Positions 15,512 through 21,943 of a stretch of 64,000 nt of DNA are shown in pieces. Position numbers and translations under genes: made by a program. A model generated the notes under the pieces. The model was not told the DNA's origin and made no database searches. It saw only the letters and a list, made by a program, of their open reading frames with translations. The stretch's first letter is position 1, and every line of letters starts with the position of its first letter. The stretch lies in the sequence record PP355768.1; one strand, written 5' to 3'.

Positions 15512-15915
15512 CCGCTCCGAAGAGCGGTAATCCAGGCTTGCAGCTGTTAATTGCACTTGGTTTGAAGTTGTCTAAGACATTAACTGAAGGTTGATAGCCT
15601 CCCCGTTTCTGCAATTAACAAATCCCAACTTGTTTTTAACGTGGATGCTTGGGTATTAAAGGAACCACTACGTTACACACTAGGGCCGATTGGCCGGAAC
15701 CTAGTCACTAACGCTAGGGCAATGACCGTCTAAGTCCCTAGATTCGCCATTTATACTCCTGGACGGCATGGAGTCGATTCCCTAGACTTTTACTCAGCAT
15801 TGCGCTAAAACCTGTAAAGGTAAGGATGGGGTATTCTTACGAATCTGGGATCATCCCCATCAGAAATTACAGCTTCTCGGACGTTTGACGGCCCTGACCG
15901 AAGTCTCACTGTAAA
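15512..15915 (-). ncRNA. Candidate ~400-nt structured RNA
   Basis: No credible ORF; 11-bp helix 15545-55/15610-20, several 6-7-bp helices, terminal C(UUCG)G hairpin. Confidence 0.55.
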
Positions 15916-15916
15916 T

Positions 15917-15992
15917 TGGTACTTGCTGCTGGTTTCGAACCAGCTACCCTCGCCGTGTAAAGACGATGCTCTCCCGATTGAGCTAAGCAAGT
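15917..15992 (-). tRNA. tRNA-Val(TAC)
   Basis: Canonical cloverleaf, CCA. Confidence 0.95.
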
Positions 15993-15995
15993 ATT

Positions 15996-16072
15996 TGGTG
16001 GTCAATAGTGGACTCGAACCACTGTAGTCTCACGTATGAAGCGAGTGCATAAACCATCTCTGCCAACTGACC
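15996..16072 (-). tRNA. tRNA with CAT anticodon (Met or Ile2)
   Basis: Loop TT-CAT-AC, G1:C72, CCA. Confidence 0.9.
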
Positions 16073-16079
16073 CAAAGAA

Positions 16080-16226
16080 TTTGCCTCAAGAATCTTACGC
16101 CACTATTCTTCTCCTACCTATACCTGATTTGCCCACAAAGTAAATTTGTCTAGGCTTAACAGGTAAGTACTATACTACGTACCATCGCTGGAGGATATTC
16201 CGATGAAATATCCTATAGGGGGCAAA
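16080..16226 (-). ncRNA. Candidate ~150-nt multibranch RNA
   Basis: Closing TTTGCC/GGCAAA; AGGATATT/AATATCCT and TACCTG/CAGGTA helices. Confidence 0.5.
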
Positions 16227-16229
16227 AAT

Positions 16230-16305
16230 TGGTACTCCGAACTGGACTCGAACCAGTGACCTAACGATTATCGGTCGTTTGCTCTACCAACTGAGCTATC
16301 GAAGC
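16230..16305 (-). tRNA. tRNA-Ile(GAT)
   Basis: Canonical cloverleaf, CCA. Confidence 0.95.
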
Positions 16306-16306
16306 A

Positions 16307-16465
16307 TTATTGTTCCTGCTGGCGGACGCAGATTTCCTCGTCCGGGTGTATTTTAGCGATCCTAGCGTCTTCCTCGGCTTCATTGTAGGTGTCGTGAAAA
16401 GCCGGTGCCAAGAATACAATCTCTTTTGTGTGGGTATTAATTAGCATACCTTGATAGCGAGTCAT
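16307..16465 (-). CDS. 52-aa hypothetical protein (not in ORF track)
   Basis: MTRYQGML...RQQEQ*; GAGGT SD. Confidence 0.65.
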   Translation of the reverse strand: MTRYQGMLINTHTKEIVFLAPAFHDTYNEAEEDARIAKIHPDEEICVRQQEQ

Positions 16466-16472
16466 AGTTACC

Positions 16473-16667
16473 TCAACGTTTACCATTACGAGGTGCTCCG
16501 GGACGTTTAGCAGCTTCTGCCATTCGTTTCTTGATTTTAGCGATATTCTCTGGTGTTTGTTCTGACTTGCGTAAGCCTGTCACGTTACACCAGCTATCAC
16601 CTTCCCAAGAAGTGATTAGCATTACTCCAGTACCTAGTACTCGTTCTGTGAAAGAGATTTTCATCAT
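16473..16667 (-). CDS. Hypothetical protein
   Basis: 64 aa, AGGAG SD. Confidence 0.7.
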   Translation of the reverse strand: MMKISFTERVLGTGVMLITSWEGDSWCNVTGLRKSEQTPENIAKIKKRMAEAAKRPGAPRNGKR

Positions 16668-16680
16668 CTTCTCCTAGAAT

Positions 16681-16757
16681 TGGATGCTCCGGCAAGATTC
16701 GAACTTGCGATCTCCAGCTTATGAGACTGGCGAGGACGGCCTCTCCTCTACGGTGCA
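16681..16757 (-). tRNA. tRNA with CAT anticodon (Met-type)
   Basis: Loop CT-CAT-AA, U1:A72, A4:A69 mismatch, CCA. Confidence 0.9.
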
Positions 16758-16759
16758 AT

Positions 16760-16835
16760 TGGCAGGGGCAACAAGAATCGAACTTGTGACCTAAGGCTTC
16801 AGAGACCTCCGCTCTACCTACTGAGCTATACCCCA
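16760..16835 (-). tRNA. tRNA-Gln(CTG)
   Basis: Cloverleaf, G73, CCA. Confidence 0.95.
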
Positions 16836-16845
16836 ATTATGCGCA

Positions 16846-16958
16846 CTCTGCTGAGTACAACGTTGTGTCTAGGGCCAGAACATAAATGCTTGCATTTATG
16901 GGAAGCGGCTAGAAGAGGGATGTGACCCGGAGGGCTAACCTCGTCACTCTCAGCAGAG
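16846..16958 (-). ncRNA. Candidate three-way-junction RNA
   Basis: Perfect 10-bp closing stem CTCTGCTGAG/CTCAGCAGAG and two internal arms. Confidence 0.55.
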
Positions 16959-16964
16959 ATTTTA

Positions 16965-17039
16965 TGGTACACCATCGAGGAATCGAACCTCAACCATAGA
17001 GTTCGTAGCTCTATATTCTATCCATTAAACTAATGGTGC
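16965..17039 (-). tRNA. tRNA-Arg(ACG)
   Basis: Canonical cloverleaf, CCA. Confidence 0.95.
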
Positions 17040-17046
17040 AGTAATC

Positions 17047-17123
17047 TGGAGGGATATCTTGGATTCGAACCAAGATAGACTCGATCCACAATCGAGGTCA
17101 TTATCCAGTTATGATAATATCCC
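17047..17123 (-). tRNA. tRNA-His(GTG) lacking G-1:C73
   Basis: Loop TT-GTG-GA; U73; T at position -1. Confidence 0.85.
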
Positions 17124-17276
17124 AAATTTGAGTACCATCGAGGGCTGATCAGACCTCCACAAATAAAATGCACATCGCACACCGTATTTGGTTAGACCGC
17201 GTACTGGGTATAGGACACTCAGTGTACTACGTAGTCCCAGCGTACGACTCCTATAATATCAATGATACTCAAATTT
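17124..17276 (-). ncRNA. Candidate ~150-nt structured RNA
   Basis: 11-bp closing stem AAATTTGAGTA/TACTCAAATTT with nested arms. Confidence 0.5.
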
Positions 17277-17376
17277 GGTGGCCCTAAGAAACTCTTCCCA
17301 CTCACAACTAGTTGATTACTTCTGGATTTTCGCCCAGAAAATTCTCTAGAAAGGGGCAACCGTTACTCGTCGGGCC
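17276..17376 (-). ncRNA. CCA-ended 101-nt RNA with an acceptor-like stem
   Basis: GGCCC(GA)/(TA)GGGCC-A-CCA; TTCTGG-GCGAAAAT-CCAGAA hairpin. Confidence 0.6.
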
Positions 17377-17382
17377 ATTGTT

Positions 17383-17468
17383 TGGCGGAAAGCGAAGGAC
17401 TTGAACCTTCATGCCCTTGCGGACTCATCATTAGCAGTGATGCGTGGCTACCGTTTCACCAGCTTTCC
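17383..17468 (-). tRNA. tRNA-Ser(GCT)
   Basis: Long variable arm, G73, CCA. Confidence 0.95.
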
Positions 17469-17475
17469 AGTTGTT

Positions 17476-17560
17476 TGGCGGAGAATAAAGGAATCGAACC
17501 CTCACCGTTTCCGATGGCGACTGATTTCAAGTCAGCTTGCTCCCATGAGCACTACTCTCC
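17476..17560 (-). tRNA. tRNA-Ser(TGA)
   Basis: Long variable arm, G73, CCA. Confidence 0.95.
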
Positions 17561-17573
17561 AGTTAATATAAGA

Positions 17574-17667
17574 TGATGCCTCGACTACACCGGGCTGTTT
17601 AAGCCCCGCCAGGATTCGAACCTGTTAAAACAGTGTTTCCACCAGCCGTAGGTTTCACTGAACATCA
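17574..17667 (-). ncRNA. T-arm-containing RNA with paired ends
   Basis: TGATGTT/GGCATCA closing stem; GAAA hairpin; CAGG-TTCGAAT-CCTG; GC hairpin. Confidence 0.6.
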
Positions 17668-17671
17668 AATT

Positions 17672-17758
17672 TGGTAGGGATGGAGGGGGTCGAACCCACA
17701 CGGATATTTCACCACTAGAACCTAAATCTAGCGCGGCTGCCAATTTCGCCACATCCCC
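17672..17758 (-). tRNA. tRNA-Leu(TAG)
   Basis: Long variable arm, CCA. Confidence 0.95.
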
Positions 17759-17765
17759 ATTTGTT

Positions 17766-17844
17766 TGGTGGAGGATAACGGATTTGAACCGTTCTGATTC
17801 CCGCATTGCAAGTGCGGTGTCCACTCCCAGCAGACCCATCCCCC
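17766..17844 (-). tRNA. tRNA-Ala(TGC)
   Basis: G3:U70, A73, CCA. Confidence 0.95.
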
Positions 17845-17849
17845 AATAA

Positions 17850-18059
17850 TTTGTTAAGGCAATTAATCCGGTGCGCGTAATACCCTGAGCAATTAGCCAT
17901 GCAAGGATACCCGCTCTTCACAAATACGATACACTCTACGCTTACCAGGCGTTTCGGAGAGCCACTCCGCTATTCTTGCAAACCCTCAGTTCAATTACCG
18001 AGCAAGCTGCAAGCGTGTTTTTTGGTTCCGGCTCTGTATCAGATTAATTCCTTAACAAA
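17850..18059 (-). ncRNA. Candidate ~210-nt rod-like RNA starting at a promoter
   Basis: ~17-bp closing helix 17851-68/18042-58 with further nested helices. Confidence 0.55.
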
Positions 18060-18069
18060 CTATATAAAT

Positions 18070-18098
18070 ATTATATCAATTTGTTAAGCATTTAGCAA
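18070..18098 (-). promoter_or_regulatory. Early promoter
   Basis: TTGCTA-17-TATAAT. Confidence 0.8.
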
Positions 18099-18117
18099 CT
18101 GAATTTTTCAGTAAATT

Positions 18118-18194
18118 TGGTACTCCCGACGGGGTTCGAACCCGTGTTCCCACTGTGAAAGAGTGGTGTCCTAACCAGCTTAGACGACAGGAGC
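18118..18194 (-). tRNA. tRNA-Glu(TTC)
   Basis: Canonical cloverleaf, CCA. Confidence 0.95.
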
Positions 18195-18204
18195 ATTTTA
18201 AATT

Positions 18205-18280
18205 TGGCAAGGGAAGGAGGAGTTGAACCTACCGATCTCGGAGTCAAAGGCCGATGCCGTAACCACTTGGCTATTCCCTT
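18205..18280 (-). tRNA. tRNA-Gln(TTG)
   Basis: Cloverleaf, C31:U39 mismatch, CCA. Confidence 0.95.
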
Positions 18281-18291
18281 TCAATATAAAT

Positions 18292-18320
18292 ATTATCTCA
18301 AATTCTAAAGCATTTAGCAA
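18292..18320 (-). promoter_or_regulatory. Early promoter
   Basis: TTGCTA-17-GATAAT. Confidence 0.7.
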
Positions 18321-18339
18321 TTGAATTTTTCAAGTATTT

Positions 18340-18367
18340 TGGTAGTGACCCGGCAACGCAGGTCACT
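18340..18367 (-). ncRNA. CCA-ended acceptor microhelix
   Basis: AGTGACC-loop-GGTCACT-A-CCA. Confidence 0.4.
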
Positions 18368-18374
18368 ATGCAAA

Positions 18375-18869
18375 CTACTCGCCGTGGTCTACACGAATGA
18401 GCGGACAAAGTTTGTCCTTCTTGTAGATTCGCATCTTTTGGTAGATGTTACCGAAGCGAAGCTCTTCATCGCGAGCATTATACTCTTTCTGTGCTCTTTC
18501 AAAGGATTTACTAGCGTTCCATTCCTGGATCCGATCCCCTATCTTAGCGCAGGCCCAGCCGATCCCAGCTATCGCCAGCAGAATCGCTACTATCGTAGAT
18601 AGTCCTGCTAGACTTAACCCTACAAGCATGTACCAGGGAGTAATTCCCAGCTCAAAGGTGAGGCCCAAGAACGTAGATAAGATACTTCCCATCCCCAAGG
18701 AGAAGAGTACAGCAATAGCAGTTACGCCAATCTGTAGCAGGAAATACCACACTGAGTGCCAAAATAGGCTACACAAGGTGACTCTGTTGTCGTTCAGCCG
18801 ATAGGTGAAAGACGCGGAAGAGAAATTAAGCCACTTGTAGAAAAAACCTTTACGTTTAATATTCAGCAT
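18375..18869 (-). CDS. Membrane protein
   Basis: Two or three TM segments, 164 aa. Confidence 0.8.
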   Translation of the reverse strand: MLNIKRKGFFYKWLNFSSASFTYRLNDNRVTLCSLFWHSVWYFLLQIGVTAIAVLFSLGMGSILSTFLGLTFELGITPWYMLVGLSLAGLSTIVAILLAIAGIGWACAKIGDRIQEWNASKSFERAQKEYNARDEELRFGNIYQKMRIYKKDKLCPLIRVDHGE

Positions 18870-18879
18870 ATTTAGCCTA

Positions 18880-19089
18880 TTACTTGAGTTGATTGATTAG
18901 GAAAACTTGTAGCGCGATAATGAATGCGGCATAGGAGTCAGAGCCTTTACCACCTTCGTTCTCATTAACTTCTTTTAGTAGGGCTTCAAAAGCTGCTTTG
19001 TGACGCTCATAGTGCCCTCTGACTGTCGGGCCAGCATCCTCTAACATGCCTAAAAGCATATAGTACTGGGTTTGTAATTGGGCGTCCAT
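18880..19089 (-). CDS. Hypothetical protein
   Basis: TAATG coupling, GGAGG SD. Confidence 0.75.
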   Translation of the reverse strand: MDAQLQTQYYMLLGMLEDAGPTVRGHYERHKAAFEALLKEVNENEGGKGSDSYAAFIIALQVFLINQLK

Positions 19090-19286
19090 TAGTCCTCCCA
19101 CACGATTTTAATCGAGAGAAGACGATTTACAGGAATGACCAGCATAGTCTCAGACCGTTTATTAAGAATTTCCAGGATATCCCCATCACGATGGAGCAGA
19201 CGTTTAGGACTGATATCTGTTACTGTGGACTCTAGGACGATACCACTGTCATCCACGAAGGATACGATTGCGTTTTTAGTAGACAT
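19089..19286 (-). CDS. Hypothetical protein
   Basis: 65 aa, AGGAG SD. Confidence 0.75.
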   Translation of the reverse strand: MSTKNAIVSFVDDSGIVLESTVTDISPKRLLHRDGDILEILNKRSETMLVIPVNRLLSIKIVWED

Positions 19287-19307
19287 TTTAGTCTCCTGTT
19301 ATGAAAT

Positions 19308-19385
19308 TGGTGGCTCCCGGAGGATTCGAACCTGCCTACCTTCCGCTTATGAGGCGGGTGCTCATACCCAATGAGCTTGAGAACC
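19308..19385 (-). tRNA. tRNA with CAT anticodon (Ile2 or Met)
   Basis: Loop CT-CAT-AA, G1:C72, A73, CCA. Confidence 0.9.
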
Positions 19386-19415
19386 TGAGAAGGGCTATTT
19401 CTAGCCCTTAGTTAT

Positions 19416-19709
19416 TTATACTGCTGCTTCATCTTCCGGGGTGCCTTCCACCGGAGGTTCTTCAGTAGGGGTATCCCCTACCGGAGTGTCTTCAGTTGGA
19501 GCATCTTCAACCGGCTCAGGATCTTTCACGAAGCCTGCTTCTTCATCGGAGATCACATACAGATCCTGAATATCCTCTGTATTGATCATACGAGCTACGC
19601 TACCATCTTTATAGAAGACGGATTTAGTGCCCTCGTTGCGAGCCATGTTCGCATCGATAATCAGCTCAGTGAGAACCCCTTTCTTTAAATATTCAATTTT
19701 GTAAGCCAT
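19416..19709 (-). CDS. Hypothetical protein with acidic Pro/Thr-rich repeat tail
   Basis: EDAPTEDTPVGDTPTEEPP tail; GAGGA SD. Confidence 0.8.
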   Translation of the reverse strand: MAYKIEYLKKGVLTELIIDANMARNEGTKSVFYKDGSVARMINTEDIQDLYVISDEEAGFVKDPEPVEDAPTEDTPVGDTPTEEPPVEGTPEDEAAV

Positions 19710-19743
19710 TTTATCCTCTACTTTCTCTTTGATTTAAAGAACT

Positions 19744-19772
19744 ATTATACAAAATTTCTGACAAAATTGCAA
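19744..19772 (-). promoter_or_regulatory. Early promoter
   Basis: TTGCAA-17-TATAAT. Confidence 0.8.
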
Positions 19773-19860
19773 GAAAAATTTTGTAGAATCAATCTCAGTC
19801 TGCGCCCTGCGGGCTTTTTACCGCTGCCCACTGAATATTACGTGTGGGCAGCGATTAAAG

Positions 19861-19936
19861 TGGTACTCCCTACAGGATTCGAACCTGTGACCCACGGTTT
19901 AGAAGACCGTTGCTCTATCCTCTGAGCTAAGGAAGC
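19861..19936 (-). tRNA. tRNA-Arg(TCT)
   Basis: Canonical cloverleaf, CCA. Confidence 0.95.
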
Positions 19937-19937
19937 A

Positions 19938-20102
19938 TTAATAAAGTTTAAGTGTTTTGACAACCAGATCATGAACCTGTTCAGAATACCGGCCAACGCT
20001 CTTATGCAGCGACTCCTTAAATTCTAGAGTACGTCTAGCGATTAGCTGCTTCTGTTCAGGTGTCAGATTCGGTGGTGGACGTTCATAAGGTGGTGTACGC
20101 AT
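19938..20102 (-). CDS. 54-aa hypothetical protein (not in ORF track)
   Basis: MRTPPYERPPP...TLKLY*; AGGAG SD. Confidence 0.65.
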   Translation of the reverse strand: MRTPPYERPPPNLTPEQKQLIARRTLEFKESLHKSVGRYSEQVHDLVVKTLKLY

Positions 20103-20115
20103 GTTAGTCTCCTAA

Positions 20116-20153
20116 GTATCTTTAAGAACTCTCGTGAAAGCTCTTAAAGATAC
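20116..20153. repeat. 38-nt hairpin element, copy 2
   Basis: GTATCTTTAAGA...CTCTCGTGAA...TCTTAAAGATAC. Confidence 0.7.
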
Positions 20154-21397
20154 CGCCAGTAGGTAGGGGCCTTCCCCTGTTTAAGCTATGCGGCCCTTCT
20201 GTCAGACGTATCTTCCAGTTATAGTCAAGGTGACTAATATACCTTGCCAGATCCCGGCCAACGGATATCCGTCGGCTAATGCGGTCTAGGCGAGGGCACA
20301 CTCCAAACAGGGGCACTTCTAGCCTGTGTAAGGGTGCTATAAATAGTGGTTATGCTTTCGCTCGGGGTGACTCCGGTCATGACTCCATTGTCACATGCTT
20401 ACACAGGGTATACGAGCTTCCGCGGAGCTGTATACTCAACCGTGTCCCACTTAGGTCTCGGAGCCACCGTTTGTACGAACGGCTATCCGAATACTCTTTC
20501 CCACTTAGAATCAGGCGAGATCCCACCTCGCCAAAGTTCATACGATCATCATGCCGTATTTAAGGACTAGCTTTGGCACTTCTGGAGAGCCATCCTCCAC
20601 GCGGTCTGTTAAAATCACACCTCCGAATTTTCGATGTGAAGTTTGGCTATCTCTAGCCTTCCAGCGTATGGTCGCTTCGCACCTGCCACTCTTACGTTCA
20701 AATCGGTTTAGGTGGTGGCAACCCTCCGAAGTTCCGAGTTTGGTTGAGGCCGTCAGGTTTCCTCGTGGTTTAGCTGTTTCGTTCCCGCGAGTCTCCCAAG
20801 TCTTTCCCTGGGAGGGGAGGAGGTACTCCAGCAGCGAGTGGTTCGCCAATAGAACCATCAGTTATCTAGCTCTTTCCGACCGCAGGATTCGAACCTGCAC
20901 TTTCCGCATCTGGGGATAGCTCCCCGCGTGCAGAAGTCTACCAATTAACTTAGGACGGCAGTGTTGCTACATAAGTGATTTCGACACCCCACTATGGTGG
21001 CAATAACCAGCACCAGACGCTATACACATGTCTCCAATTTGCAGCCTAGGCAGGTCAGTGTGGGAGCTATACGAGTTTCTCAGGCTCAGTTCCCCACCTC
21101 TCCGGCAGGCCACGCACCATGCTTCATTCTGGTCGAACAAGTTAAAGTGAGATTCCACCATTTTCTATAAATCAGGAGAAGAGTTTACGAGACTCCGGGA
21201 CAGCTCCCGAGTTTTACAAGAGATCTCTAACCTACGCCCGTCCAATACGCTCCCTGGCCGGTATCCGGACTGGATGCACGAACTTTGTCAGGTGATCACT
21301 CTTAACTCACCGATTCTATTCAACGAATCTTAATGCTCGACGAGTCTTACATTAAAACAAGTTCAGCGTAATCGGCCCGCTGTTCTCTCTAATTTAT
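20154..21397 (-). ncRNA. Candidate giant structured RNA (~1.2-1.3 kb, possibly more than one RNA)
   Basis: No SD-led ORF; over 20 hand-found helices; embedded tRNA-like domain; dedicated promoter. Confidence 0.65.
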
Positions 21398-21403
21398 GAA
21401 ACT

Positions 21404-21432
21404 ATTATATCAGCTTTTTAAGCATTAGGCAA
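21404..21432 (-). promoter_or_regulatory. Promoter driving the giant non-coding region
   Basis: TTGCCT-17-TATAAT, overlapping the hydrolase stop. Confidence 0.8.
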
Positions 21433-21879
21433 CTGAGATTTTAATTTATAGAACACATGGTTGCCAATTTTACTTGTTCTTTTGAAGTCCTTGTCTTTTG
21501 TCCAGTAAGGTTTAGTATCTTTACTGTGAAAGTACAAAGCTCCCTTCGTCGGATCTACTGGAAGATCCATATAGTAAACTAGTCTAGCTATCTCTTTAGC
21601 TTGTTTCCACTCTTCGTCTTTACGATCGAGTTTATGTTTCTTTTTACCAACCCAGCTGAACTGCCCTGGTTGATAGACTACTTTACAATATGTGGACGGG
21701 AATTTTCCATAGTTAACACGATTTTTCGTTACTTGTGCAACTGCGGTCATTCCTTTAACTCCTTCCCCTCTAGCTTCAAAGTACACATTTTTAGCTATGC
21801 ACTCTATCTCATGCGCATCAATCTTTGCCTGCGCATGGAAGCTAGTGAGGATGGAGATCATTAGAATGGCTGCTTTCAT
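21418..21879 (-). CDS. Cell-wall hydrolase, SleB/Hydrolase_2 family
   Basis: CIAKNVYFEARGE, VVYQPGQFSW and IGNHVFY motifs. Confidence 0.9.
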   Translation of the reverse strand: MKAAILMISILTSFHAQAKIDAHEIECIAKNVYFEARGEGVKGMTAVAQVTKNRVNYGKFPSTYCKVVYQPGQFSWVGKKKHKLDRKDEEWKQAKEIARLVYYMDLPVDPTKGALYFHSKDTKPYWTKDKDFKRTSKIGNHVFYKLKSQLPNA

Positions 21880-21943
21880 TATTTCTCCTTTACTCTTTGA
21901 TTCAAGAATAATAGTATATCAAGAAATCAGCCATTTAGTCAAA

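Noticed and set aside
17476-17560. Possible suppressor or selenocysteine tRNA
   Set aside because: The anticodon is TGA (Ser, reads UCA). No CTA, TTA or TCA anticodon was found among the 26 tRNAs, so there is no sign of recoding
20122-21161. Track ORFs within the giant non-coding region (20122-20316, 20279-20563, 20346-20570, 20538-20858, 20551-20919, 20967-21161)
   Set aside because: No SD, overlapping on both strands, atypical composition, and they run through a tRNA-like fold; kept only as the refuting alternative
20154-21397. Group I/II intron, RNase P or tmRNA identity for the giant RNA
   Set aside because: I could not find domain V, the GAGGAAAGTCC P4 signature, or a GGGG...CCA tmRNA acceptor pair
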